A stretch of DNA of 64,000 bases from an uncultured Gammaproteobacteria bacterium (GTDB lineage Bacteria > Patescibacteriota > Patescibacteriia > Magasanikbacterales > JBBTXJ01). Below the pieces are notes generated by a model that was given only the letters and a program-made list of their open reading frames with translations, ran no database searches and was not told where the DNA came from. Within the stretch, counting starts at the first letter, position 1, and every line of letters starts with the position of its first letter. The DNA lies in the NCBI GenBank assembly GCA_964610305.1, contig CAZSVL010000006.1:13973-77972 (forward strand). The letters are read 5' to 3'. Made by a program: the position numbers and the translations under genes. Of this stretch, positions 49,597 through 59,419 are shown one piece after another.

Positions 49597-50781
49597 TTAT
49601 TTTTGTTCAGGTGACATTTTTGCAATTGAAAAACTATTAAAGATTTTTACCATTTTATTTTTTTGCAACGCTAGTGGTTGCATGACCGGCTTTACTACGT
49701 CTGACGGAATATTTTTTTCAATGCCTGAGTCGTGTATGTAAAATTGTGTAAGCTCATCAATGTCAGAGGTGATGTGATCAACTTTATTTTTTATATGCTT
49801 TTGTGCGTTGGCCCATTTTTCTTCAGAAATGGTCTTGCCGGTGTCTTTTAGAAGGTTACAGATTTTTTGGTGTGTCTGCTTTGTTTGCTCAGGCGAGCAT
49901 GCAATGCCAATGTTTATAAAACCTACGTTGTGCCAACTGTGGGATGTGACAAACATATCGTAAATATCAGAGCTACCGTCTCTAAGAGTATTCTGGTATT
50001 CAGAGAAAATGTGGCAGATGGGCTCATGAAGAAAGCGGAGTGCATTGTTTAAGCCAAAACCTTTTAATGTCACATATAAAAAACTTTCTTGCCAAAATCC
50101 GTTCATGCTTGTGTGTGATGGAATGTACGTGATGAGCGGGTATGTTGGCAGTTTCCCTACGGGGAGGCTAGCAAAAGCCCTATCAATGGCTAAAGCAAGT
50201 TGTTTTTTTTCTGGGATATCACCTACGGCAATAAGGGTTAGGCGTGTTTTTTTTAGGATGTTTTTTAGTGTCTTTGCTAGCACATTTTGACTAGCGGCTT
50301 CTAGATTTTCATCAACATGACTGGTGGGTGTTGAGTATGGCTTGTTGAGCGTTTCTTCATCATAATCCTCCATGAGAATTTCAAAAGGGTTGCGTTGGTG
50401 GGTACGCCTCTCGTTTCGCATGGCGTTCACTTCTTTTCTTACAGAATTTCTTTCAAAAAGATCAGGGTTTTCTTTGCTAAAAAGATGGCCAAGATCATCT
50501 ATAATTTTTTCACATTGCAGAGACGGAATATTGCTAAACTCTATTGTCATGTATTCACGATACGTATGACCGTTTATGTCTATTTCTGTTTGAGAATTTC
50601 CTTGCTGAAGGCTTTTAACCAATAGGTGTTCTATTAAGTGATGAAGACCGTTATAACCTGGCGGGTCAAAAACAGAGCCGGCACCGTCTATTTTTAGTAC
50701 CAGATTTGCGTTGGTTGCATCAGAGAGACGGTGCGCTATTAGCTTAATTCCAGATTGAGATAATAAATAGGGAGACTTCAT
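49597..50781 (-). CDS. M16 family (insulinase-like) zinc peptidase
   Basis: GSVFDPPGYNGLHHLIEHLL (HxxEH), NGHT. Confidence 0.85.
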   Translation of the reverse strand: MKSPYLLSQSGIKLIAHRLSDATNANLVLKIDGAGSVFDPPGYNGLHHLIEHLLVKSLQQGNSQTEIDINGHTYREYMTIEFSNIPSLQCEKIIDDLGHLFSKENPDLFERNSVRKEVNAMRNERRTHQRNPFEILMEDYDEETLNKPYSTPTSHVDENLEAASQNVLAKTLKNILKKTRLTLIAVGDIPEKKQLALAIDRAFASLPVGKLPTYPLITYIPSHTSMNGFWQESFLYVTLKGFGLNNALRFLHEPICHIFSEYQNTLRDGSSDIYDMFVTSHSWHNVGFINIGIACSPEQTKQTHQKICNLLKDTGKTISEEKWANAQKHIKNKVDHITSDIDELTQFYIHDSGIEKNIPSDVVKPVMQPLALQKNKMVKIFNSFSIAKMSPEQK

Positions 50782-50895
50782 TGATTAAAACGTATCACTT
50801 TATTGAGAGCATTTCAAGCTTTTAAACAAAAAAAAGGGGGTGTGCTCGCTAGCACATCCCCAAAAAAAGGGGTGCCTCAGGCGCACCCGGGCGCG

Positions 50896-51066
50896 CTACT
50901 TGGGAACGCGCGTGCCCCTTGTGCCTCTGGACTTGGATCCAGAAGACTTGTTCACGTTGTGCTGGCCCTTGTAGCCAGTACCGGGAACGGGGTTGTTTCT
51001 GCCTTTAGAGCCAGAGTAGCCGCCAGTCTTGCCGCTATTGCCTCCGCTCTTTCCGCTGGAACCCAT
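50896..51066 (-). CDS. 56-aa Gly/Ser/Lys-rich basic microprotein (not in the ORF track)
   Basis: Minus TTGACA-17-TACGGT promoter, GGAGG RBS, MGSSGKSGGNSGKTGGYSGSKGRNNPVPGTGYKGQHNVNKSSGSKSRGTRGTRVPK, terminator at ~50828-50861. Confidence 0.75.
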   Translation of the reverse strand: MGSSGKSGGNSGKTGGYSGSKGRNNPVPGTGYKGQHNVNKSSGSKSRGTRGTRVPK

Positions 51067-51199
51067 GCTTCACCTCCAGTGTGGATGGGTACTTCCACCG
51101 TATTGGGTTTTTGCTATTGTGTCAAGTTCAACTGTGGATAAATAGGGAGAGCCTTTTTAGATTTTTTAAAAAAAGATCCTCGGTAAGAGGATCATTATG

Positions 51200-52846
51200 T
51201 TATGGGTAGCACTCGCCGTAGGCGCATGCTTGGTCGTCATCGCAGGGGCTGTTGCAATCGCCGCAATGTGTTGTGTCAAACATGAGGTTGGCACAAATAC
51301 TGCCTTGCGGACCGCGATCATCGGGGCACAGCGCCATGTCTAGGTCTTCATCGCATTCCATGCAAGAGGCCTCTAGCGCTTCTTCCCAATCGCCAAATTC
51401 AGAGCTGCAGCCAAGTTCTGGTTGACTATCAACGCAGCTTTCATCGCATTGGCCACAATTTTCTGGGTCAAAGGGGTGGACGCACTGTCCATCACACTCC
51501 AGAATACACTCGCACTCGCCCTGATTACAATTTTTATCGGGGTCGCATTCTAAGCCGCATTCCCCGCAGTTTTCAATGTTGTTGCTCAGATTCCTGCAGG
51601 TGCCATCGCACACAACACATTGTCCATCGCACGGAACTTCTTCGCCAAAGTCGTTGAAGTATGTTTCGCAGCCGCATTCAATGCCATTTACGCATTGCGT
51701 GCGATCGGGGCAAATATTGCCGCAGCGTCCACAGTTTTGTTCGTCGCTGGGCCAACACTGTCCTCCGCAGACAATACAGTTGCCATTACAGTCGTTTCTG
51801 AAAACGTCTGTTACGCACTCGCAATTACCTTCTATGCATCGCTCAAAGGCTTCGCATTGCACACCGCAACCACCACAGTTTTGGTGGTCTGTGGAAAGAT
51901 TTAGGCATTCGCCGCTGCATGCGGTTTCGCCTTCCACTCTGCATCTACACACGGAGTTTACGCACTCGACGTTCTGCGGGCATCTGTTGCCGCAGGCTCC
52001 ACAGTTATCTTCATCGCGTCCGATACGAACACATGCATCTTGTCCATCTACAGAGCAGACAATCGTGTTATCTCCTTCGCACTCGCTGCAGGAGCCGTTA
52101 GCACATTGAATATCACCTAGGCACGTGTTGTTACACTCTCCGCAATGCTCATTAGAGGTAAGATCAAATTCTTCATCTACCTCTCCATCGCAGTCATCAT
52201 CTTGATTATTGCACAGCTCTGGCGCATCAGGATAAGCGTCTGCGCTATTGTCATTGCAGTCTTCTCCGCCACATACGCGTGGGGGGTGATCATCTGCGTC
52301 TCCATCTAAGACACTGAATATGCAGGTACGAGAACTCTCTTCACAAACTCCCACTTGGCATGCGTCTTCGATAGCGCAATCTTCACTTGTTCTGCACGGA
52401 TCAGCCACTTTGCAACCCTCTAGGGGGTGACAAGCTTCTTGATCGGGACAGCGGGCGTGAACCGGAGTAATCAGGCATCCACCTACGGGGTCACAGCGCT
52501 CATCTGTGCACTCTAGGCTGTCAGAGCAGTCTAGCTGCTCTCCGGCCACGCACATGCATGCAACACACGTTTCCTCTCCGTTGCACACCGTTTCATCAAC
52601 GCAGTCTGCGTTTTCTTCACATTCGCATGGCAGCGCTTCGCCTTCACCCTCGCCTTCAGTTGGGATTTCTCCTTCTCCTTCGGCGATAGCTTCTCCCTCA
52701 CCCTCAGCGATTATCTCGCCTTCACCTTCAGAAGAGATCTCGTCCTCTCCCTCACCTTCTCCAACAATGCTTCCGTTGGGGAATTTTTCGGGATCAGAGC
52801 TGCTGCAGGCTGCCAGAGCAATACTCAGCAGAGTAAGTGTTCTCAT
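51200..52846 (-). CDS. Cys-rich lipoprotein with EGEGE, MopE-related and D..NCG.CG..C repeats
   Basis: LAAC lipobox, EGEGE repeats, DCNDN...APELCNNQDDDCDGEVDE. Confidence 0.88.
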   Translation of the reverse strand: MRTLTLLSIALAACSSSDPEKFPNGSIVGEGEGEDEISSEGEGEIIAEGEGEAIAEGEGEIPTEGEGEGEALPCECEENADCVDETVCNGEETCVACMCVAGEQLDCSDSLECTDERCDPVGGCLITPVHARCPDQEACHPLEGCKVADPCRTSEDCAIEDACQVGVCEESSRTCIFSVLDGDADDHPPRVCGGEDCNDNSADAYPDAPELCNNQDDDCDGEVDEEFDLTSNEHCGECNNTCLGDIQCANGSCSECEGDNTIVCSVDGQDACVRIGRDEDNCGACGNRCPQNVECVNSVCRCRVEGETACSGECLNLSTDHQNCGGCGVQCEAFERCIEGNCECVTDVFRNDCNGNCIVCGGQCWPSDEQNCGRCGNICPDRTQCVNGIECGCETYFNDFGEEVPCDGQCVVCDGTCRNLSNNIENCGECGLECDPDKNCNQGECECILECDGQCVHPFDPENCGQCDESCVDSQPELGCSSEFGDWEEALEASCMECDEDLDMALCPDDRGPQGSICANLMFDTTHCGDCNSPCDDDQACAYGECYP

Positions 52847-52855
52847 CTCTCTCCC

Positions 52856-53905
52856 TTAGCTGCAGCGTCCGTCTGTGCAACGCGTGCCTTGGGGGCATCG
52901 GTTGTTGCACTGTCGGCAGTGTTCATTGGTTGAGCGCCAGTCAAAACATTCGCCATTGCAGAAAATATCGTCATCGCCTCGGCACCGACACTCTCCAGCC
53001 ACACACCGTACAAGCGGAGCCTGGCAAACGTTGCCGCACCGCCCACAATCATTAAAGCTAATCTGCAGATCAACGCAGAACTGGCCGCAGTCTGTATGAG
53101 TTTCTTCAACGCACTGACAATTTCCGCCGTAGCAGTGAAGGTGAGCATCGCACTCTGTGTTGCACGCTCCGCAATGTCGCGCAGATGAATCAAAGTCAAA
53201 ACCTTCATCAATCTGGCCATCGCAGTCATCATCTAGCTCATTGCAGCGTTCGGGGGCCTCAGGGTAGATTTCATGGTCATCGTCCCCGCAATCCTGACCA
53301 CCACAGGCAAGAGAGGCAAAGGTGTCATTGTCAGAATCTACCAAACGGTACTCGCACGTGCCCGTTTCCAGGTTGCACATGCCGGTCTGACACGGATCTT
53401 CAGAATCGCAGTCATCATTGCTAAGACACGGCGGTCTTCCTTGGCAATCCTGCTGCACATCGCAGATTTCATGCTCAGAGCACCATTCATGCCGGGGAAC
53501 GTAATCACACTGGCCGTCTGCTGGATCGCAAACGCCTTGCGTGCAGCCTACGCCATCATCAGGGCAGATAAAAGGTTCGCTTCTCTGACAGACGCATTGG
53601 TTGCATACTTCAATGCCATTGCAAATGTTGCCATCCTGGCAATCTTCATCTGTTAGGCAGGGGCACGGAGCCTCTTCTCCCTCACCTTCTCCTTCAGAGG
53701 GGTTAAGCGGGTCGTTTCCTTCAACTTCTCCTTCACGCGGATCAGATGCCCTATCACCCTCTCCTGATATATCGTCACCGTCCCCCTCTTGCTCAGAAAT
53801 AGCAGGAGGAGCTTCATCTTGGTCTTCAACTGACTCTTCAGGAATGGGGGTAGGGTTACTGCCGCAGCCGAGCGCAAACATGATAAAAAGACCGATAAAT
53901 CTCAT
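52856..53905 (-). CDS. Cys-rich lipoprotein, paralog of 51200..52846
   Basis: ALGC lipobox, EGEGEGE, IYPEAPERCNELDDDCDGQIDE, AAGGAGG RBS. Confidence 0.88.
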   Translation of the reverse strand: MRFIGLFIMFALGCGSNPTPIPEESVEDQDEAPPAISEQEGDGDDISGEGDRASDPREGEVEGNDPLNPSEGEGEGEEAPCPCLTDEDCQDGNICNGIEVCNQCVCQRSEPFICPDDGVGCTQGVCDPADGQCDYVPRHEWCSEHEICDVQQDCQGRPPCLSNDDCDSEDPCQTGMCNLETGTCEYRLVDSDNDTFASLACGGQDCGDDDHEIYPEAPERCNELDDDCDGQIDEGFDFDSSARHCGACNTECDAHLHCYGGNCQCVEETHTDCGQFCVDLQISFNDCGRCGNVCQAPLVRCVAGECRCRGDDDIFCNGECFDWRSTNEHCRQCNNRCPQGTRCTDGRCS

Positions 53906-54032
53906 GGTTTCCTCCTTTGCTATAAGCTATCACGCGATAGGGTAAATGTCAACCGTATGAGGGTAATATACCCACATAATCATCTTAGCAAAAACGTGCT
54001 ATACTATATCTATATTATTAACGTGCGAAGAC

Positions 54033-56861
54033 ATGCTCGCACGCTTTGTGCATACCTCAGGATGGATAAAACAACAATGGGAAACGCCGTGGGTACGGCG
54101 GGTCTTTTTGGTTTTTATTTTTTCTTTTATTGCTTCTTTGGCAGTGTTTCTTCCGGCAAACGCAATAGGACCAACCTTGGATGATGTAACGGGATGGTTG
54201 GCCAAAACAGTATTTACTTTTGCTAGTTTTTTGGTTGGAATTTTAGCGTGGCTTATCTCTGCGCTTATTACCGTGGCGCAATACAATAATTTTATCCATG
54301 ATGAGGGGGTAATAATTGGCTGGACACTGGTAAGAGATATTGCCAACATGTTTTTTGTGGTGGTATTGCTGGTTATTGCATTTGGAACCATCTTAGGAAG
54401 AGACAGCTATCACATGAAAAATACGCTGGGTCGCTTTGTGGCTACAGCAATACTCATAAACTTTAGCCGATTGTTTTTGGGCATCATGATAGATTTGGTT
54501 CAGGTAATCATGATGACGTTTGTAAATGCTATTGCTCAGGTGGGTGCTGGAAACTTTGTTCAGGCTTTTAAAGTTAATGATGCTTTTAGAGTGGCGCAAC
54601 AGGTGAGTGGTTCGGCTGGAGACATGCTGATTACGGCAATATTGTCTGTCATATTGATAGCTATGGCTGTGTACGCTATTGGTCAGTTTGCCCTTCTTTT
54701 GATATATCGTATGGCAACTCTTTGGGTGCTTATTGTTATGTCTCCTATAGCTTTTTTGCTGGGGGCTATTCCATCTAAGAGCATGGGGTTTGATAGTTAT
54801 TACCAAGAGTGGTGGGGATACCTTAAAGGTAACTTGCTCATTGGTCCGGTTGCTGCTTTCTTTATATGGCTTGCGCTTGCCATGGTGGGAGATGGAAATA
54901 TTTTCACAAAAATTACTAGTGAGGCTGGCTCTGACACCGCAGAGGCAGCAGTCACGCTTAACAGGCCGGAATCTGGTATTACAGACAGCGCAATTTCAAG
55001 CATAGAGAATCTGTCCGGTTTTCTTATTGCTTTTGCTGTATTTATGGTGGCGCTGGATATGACAAAAAAAGTAGCAAGCACCATGGGTGGAGGTGGAGGA
55101 GACTGGATAACAAGCAAGACCAGTAGCATGGCTAACAATATCAAGTCTGGCAATTTAAGAGGGCTAGTAGAAGATATTCCTATTGCAGGAAAGGCAGCAA
55201 CTGCCACCTATGATGCTGCAGCAAAACCATTTAAAGAAGTGTACGGGGCTTATGCAGAGGAACACGGTTTGGCTGCTAAGTACTCAAGTGGCGTTAATAA
55301 GGGGGTTGACGCTGTTGCTGCTAGGGTGGGAACACAAGCAACCAGGGATACGGCAAGGGGCAGGATAGCCTCTAGAGCAGCAGATAAACGAGGAAAGCGT
55401 GAGGAAGCGCTTGGCTCGTCAACCAGTCAGGAACTGCGCCAGTCTTGGAATAACGCCAGCCCTGTAGATAGAGTAGCCATGGCCAAGATAATGCTGGAGC
55501 GTAAGGATCAAATGAGTCCAGAACGTCTAGAGCAAGCGCGAGCCTCTGCAGAGAGAATAGGAGACACTAAAGGGGCACGAGATCTTATGAGCTTGGCAGG
55601 TCAAAATGCTGCACATGCAGCTGCTCAGGATAACTTGGATTCAGTAGATCAAGCGGCAGAATTTCTCAATAGAAAAGACATTAATCAAAACAGTTTTGAT
55701 TCCAATCACCTTACTGATACTCAGATGGATAATGTGGTTCAGGCCACATTGCAGGAGCGTGGCACTGAAGGTTTGAAGGATTTGACCACCAAGTCTGAGC
55801 TGCGCAGAACCAGAGACAACTACAATGATAGAATGCCATCTTTGGTAGCGCAGTCAGTAGAAGGGGCGGCGGGTAGTCAGGAACAGATTGCGCAATTGGA
55901 TGCGCAGATTTTGACAGCAGAACAAAATGTACAAGATCTAGATAGGGGAGAGCAGGCGGGCAGAGGACCTGAGCAGCTTGCCGCAGAGCAGGCTAATTTG
56001 CGCCAATTTCGGGATCGGCGAAGAGAGTTGCACAGCCAAGCAGAGGCGCCGGTTGAAATTGCAATGGTGCATGCGCAGAATACCGGAAGACCAGATCTGT
56101 CAGTCGGTAGTTTAAGTGGTCGGCCAAGAGAGGTGGTTCTAGATCACCTTGTGAGAGATTTGAAACCAAATACTATAAATAGAGAAGCAATCAATCAGGA
56201 GGTTTTGGGATCAGCACGCAGGGTGTATGGTGGGAAAATGGGAGACTGGATTAAGAAATTAAATCCAGAACAGGCAACAGCTGTTTCAGATGCCGCTGAT
56301 AGAATTGAAATTGCAGATCCACGAACAACCAGAAATGAAGCAGAAGCAAAGATACTCCTAAGAGGAGACTTTACCGGACTTGAGAGCAGAGATGATTCTG
56401 GAGCTATTATGGACGGTGCGGTTTCAGATATGAGTTCTAAGCAGATGGCAAAGGTAAGACTTGATACGCTTCAGGGAGGTAATATGGAGGCCTTCTTAAA
56501 TGCCATTAGATCTAACCCTAGAGCGGTTCGTGGTCTCAATAAAGTAGATGGCGTAAGTCAGGCGCTTTTGGACCGCATTGAAGTAGAGGTCAATAACAAC
56601 TATAATAGAGATTCAGAGGGGTGGGGTGAACTTAAAAGCACTACAGACTCCTGGGAGAGTCCGTTGGGCAATCAAATACGCGCTGCTGCCCAAGAAGCTG
56701 CTGATGCAGCTGCGGCAGCTGCAGCAGAGGCAGCGGCCGCACAGCAGTCAGCTGCGCAACAAGCCGATGATCAGGCACGAATGGCGGGCATGGGAGGTGG
56801 GGATTTTGATGATGTTGATCTGGGAGCAGGCGATGGAGATGACTTGGAGTTAGACGTCTAA
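54033..56861 (+). CDS. TrbL/VirB6-like polytopic membrane protein with a long soluble C-terminus
   Basis: GWTLVRDIANMFFVVVLLVIAFGTIL, AILINFS, RMATLWVLIVMSPIAF; next to PrgI and VirB4. Confidence 0.75.
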   Translation: MLARFVHTSGWIKQQWETPWVRRVFLVFIFSFIASLAVFLPANAIGPTLDDVTGWLAKTVFTFASFLVGILAWLISALITVAQYNNFIHDEGVIIGWTLVRDIANMFFVVVLLVIAFGTILGRDSYHMKNTLGRFVATAILINFSRLFLGIMIDLVQVIMMTFVNAIAQVGAGNFVQAFKVNDAFRVAQQVSGSAGDMLITAILSVILIAMAVYAIGQFALLLIYRMATLWVLIVMSPIAFLLGAIPSKSMGFDSYYQEWWGYLKGNLLIGPVAAFFIWLALAMVGDGNIFTKITSEAGSDTAEAAVTLNRPESGITDSAISSIENLSGFLIAFAVFMVALDMTKKVASTMGGGGGDWITSKTSSMANNIKSGNLRGLVEDIPIAGKAATATYDAAAKPFKEVYGAYAEEHGLAAKYSSGVNKGVDAVAARVGTQATRDTARGRIASRAADKRGKREEALGSSTSQELRQSWNNASPVDRVAMAKIMLERKDQMSPERLEQARASAERIGDTKGARDLMSLAGQNAAHAAAQDNLDSVDQAAEFLNRKDINQNSFDSNHLTDTQMDNVVQATLQERGTEGLKDLTTKSELRRTRDNYNDRMPSLVAQSVEGAAGSQEQIAQLDAQILTAEQNVQDLDRGEQAGRGPEQLAAEQANLRQFRDRRRELHSQAEAPVEIAMVHAQNTGRPDLSVGSLSGRPREVVLDHLVRDLKPNTINREAINQEVLGSARRVYGGKMGDWIKKLNPEQATAVSDAADRIEIADPRTTRNEAEAKILLRGDFTGLESRDDSGAIMDGAVSDMSSKQMAKVRLDTLQGGNMEAFLNAIRSNPRAVRGLNKVDGVSQALLDRIEVEVNNNYNRDSEGWGELKSTTDSWESPLGNQIRAAAQEAADAAAAAAAEAAAAQQSAAQQADDQARMAGMGGGDFDDVDLGAGDGDDLELDV

Positions 56862-56883
56862 ACCAAAGGTCCCTTGTTACTAT

Positions 56884-58272
56884 ATGATTTTATTAACAGC
56901 AACAGAAACAAAGAAAATTCTGCGCCAAGCAGATGACAGAAAAGCTGAGCTTGTAGAGCAAAAGCTTATTCCTATGGTTACCAAGGCGCTAGGGGCTTAT
57001 TATGATGATAAGGCCACGGTTTTGTCCGTTGGGAGGCTTTTTGGTATGGCTGTTTTAGGTGGTGCAAAATATTTAAGGAATGTACCGCAAGAACTCATTG
57101 AAGGATTTGGAACCAATGAAGATTTTGCTTATACCATCTCAGACAAAATTGTAGAGCAGTTTGAAAAGGAATTTGAAGCGTTTGTGGGCAGTGTAAGCGC
57201 CATTAGGATTCCGTGGAGGTCAAAGATAAAGCCGGAATTGTTGAGTGCTAAGAGCGAGAAAAAGGAAAGCAAGGCTATAGCTGCTAAGCCCAAAGTAAAA
57301 GAAGTGGCAACTAGTCCTAAGGTGGTACGGGCGGCACAAACGCCTCCTGCTCCAGCTAAGGTTGCCCCCCGCGCCCCAGCAAAGCCATCACAACATCGCA
57401 GACATCACGGAGAGGATCAAGATGAGCTGTCAACTCATAAAAAAGCAGGGACAGATCATTCAAACGGACATTCAAGGCTAGAAAAACGCGTGGCTATGAT
57501 AGAACAGCTCTCAGGTCTTCATTTTGATGATGTCTCAAAAGAGCAGCGTTTTAGAACCATTGTGAGGCCTGCACTTAAAGGGATAAAACGACCATCAGAT
57601 ACGTCCCGATTACTGGGACTAGCTGCAGATCAGGGTGGAATGGGGCTGTCTAGGCAAAAAGTGGCAGAAGTGGCCGGTCTTTTAGAACGATTAAGAGCAA
57701 AAGATTTAGAGGTTGCGCATCGCTCGCAATTGCAAAAAAAGCACGAGGCTCAGTTGCCAGTTCCGGTAGATACCAAGGCTCAGCTTCCAAAAAAAATAGA
57801 AAAGCAAGAGGGAAAGAAGAGGATTGATACGCTCATAAAGCAAGACGTGGCAAATCAGTCATTTGATTTTAAAGCAGCGCTGAAAAGTAAGGCAAAAAAG
57901 CCCACCGTAATGCCAAGCAGAAAAATGCATGATGTGGCTGCAAGACCGCTAACCATGGGGCCTGTAGAGGTGCTCCGTAGTCTTAATCTCACTGATTTTA
58001 GAAGATTATCCCCTGTGCCCGGAACGGCCGTAGAAAAAATTAAGGACAAGTTGGGGCTTCTGCGCAAACGCGGTGTGGATCAGTTTGCCTCTGGCCTAAA
58101 GGCCTATCAGGACAGCCCGCTTTATGGAATTTATGTAAAAACGCTGCATCAGAGCCTTAGTGAGGATAGTCAGTTGGATGATGCCGTTTCAACCACCACG
58201 GATGATCCTGACAGATTTACCAAAGAAGAATTTACCGCCGTTATGCAATTAAATAGGGCATTGCAGTTTTAG
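56884..58272 (+). CDS. Hypothetical protein of the CPR T4SS-like cluster
   Basis: Operonic position, low-complexity linker, C-terminal GPVEVLRSLNLTDFRRL block. Confidence 0.75.
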   Translation: MILLTATETKKILRQADDRKAELVEQKLIPMVTKALGAYYDDKATVLSVGRLFGMAVLGGAKYLRNVPQELIEGFGTNEDFAYTISDKIVEQFEKEFEAFVGSVSAIRIPWRSKIKPELLSAKSEKKESKAIAAKPKVKEVATSPKVVRAAQTPPAPAKVAPRAPAKPSQHRRHHGEDQDELSTHKKAGTDHSNGHSRLEKRVAMIEQLSGLHFDDVSKEQRFRTIVRPALKGIKRPSDTSRLLGLAADQGGMGLSRQKVAEVAGLLERLRAKDLEVAHRSQLQKKHEAQLPVPVDTKAQLPKKIEKQEGKKRIDTLIKQDVANQSFDFKAALKSKAKKPTVMPSRKMHDVAARPLTMGPVEVLRSLNLTDFRRLSPVPGTAVEKIKDKLGLLRKRGVDQFASGLKAYQDSPLYGIYVKTLHQSLSEDSQLDDAVSTTTDDPDRFTKEEFTAVMQLNRALQF

Positions 58273-58275
58273 TCT

Positions 58276-58710
58276 ATGGCCGGAAGATTTACTGTTCCAC
58301 AATTTATAGATGCCGAGCCAAAAATAATGGGGCCGCTTTCTGTTCGTCAGTTTATTGTAATGATTGTTGCGGTGCTCCTGATGTTTGTCTCTTGGAAGCT
58401 GGCAGATCTTGTTCTGGCCGGGTTTTTAATTGCTATTTGGGGAGGTTTGGGTTTGTTGTTTGCATTTGTTAAAATAAATGGACAAATATTTCATATATTT
58501 TTGCTTAGTTTTTTAAGAACAATAAAAAAGCCTAAATTGCGGATTTGGTATAAAGAATATTCAAAGGAAGAGTTGGAGTTTTACACCGCCTCTGCTCCAG
58601 AGCCAATTGTAGAGAAAAAGGCGCGCAAACACATAAGAAAAAGCCGGCTCAATGAGCTATCGCTGGTAGTAAATACGGGTGGCGCATATAATCCAGAGGA
58701 ATATCAATAG
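58276..58710 (+). CDS. PrgI family protein (VirB3-like)
   Basis: FTVPQFIDAEPKIMGPLSVRQF, two TM segments. Confidence 0.85.
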   Translation: MAGRFTVPQFIDAEPKIMGPLSVRQFIVMIVAVLLMFVSWKLADLVLAGFLIAIWGGLGLLFAFVKINGQIFHIFLLSFLRTIKKPKLRIWYKEYSKEELEFYTASAPEPIVEKKARKHIRKSRLNELSLVVNTGGAYNPEEYQ

Positions 58711-58720
58711 GCATTAGTTT

Positions 58721-59419
58721 ATGGGAAAAAAGAAGAAGAAAAAGAGAATTGCGCCATCTACGCAGAAGCATTTAGACATAGCGTCTATTAGAGATGGGGC
58801 GGTTATTATGAAAGATGGTACTCTGCGCGCCGTGCTTTTGGTTTCCAGTATTAACTTTGCTCTTAAGGGTGAAGATGAACAGCAAGGGTTGATTCAAAAT
58901 TACGTAAGCTTTTTAAACACGCTAGAGTTTCCTCTGCAGATAGTTATCCAATCCAGAAGAGCAAACATTGAGCCGTATTTAGATCAGTTAAAGGAGCAAG
59001 AGGCTAAGTTGCCCAATGAGCTGCTTAAAGAGCAAATAAGGGATTATCGCGATTTTGTGTCGGATTTGATAACGCTAGGAGATATCATGCAGAAAAGGTT
59101 TTATGTCGTAGTTATGTATGACCCTATTAGCAACAGGAAGAAGGGGTTTTTTAGTAGTTTGGGAGAAATATTAAAGCCTTCAAAATTGATAAAACTAAAG
59201 CAGAAAGAGTTTGAAGACAGAAAAACGCAGCTTGATCTACGTGTGGGTAAGGTTACTAGTAGTCTGCAGAGCATGGGGCTCAAGTCTGCGCTTCTGGATA
59301 CGCAAGGCCTTATAGAGCTGTATTACAATAGTTATAATCCAACCGTGTCTCAGGCACAGGAACTTGGAGATTTAAAAGAGGTGACGGTAGAGCCCGAGCC
59401 TAAATTAGAAACAGAATGA
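58721..59419 (+). CDS. VirB4/TraC N-terminal-like protein
   Basis: DGTLRAVLLVSSINFALKGEDEQ...FLNTLEFPLQIVIQSR. Confidence 0.75.
   Translation: MGKKKKKKRIAPSTQKHLDIASIRDGAVIMKDGTLRAVLLVSSINFALKGEDEQQGLIQNYVSFLNTLEFPLQIVIQSRRANIEPYLDQLKEQEAKLPNELLKEQIRDYRDFVSDLITLGDIMQKRFYVVVMYDPISNRKKGFFSSLGEILKPSKLIKLKQKEFEDRKTQLDLRVGKVTSSLQSMGLKSALLDTQGLIELYYNSYNPTVSQAQELGDLKEVTVEPEPKLETE

Noticed and set aside
50803-51141. 112-aa + strand ORF
   Set aside because: Antisense shadow of the minus-strand 56-aa gene, which has promoter, RBS and terminator.
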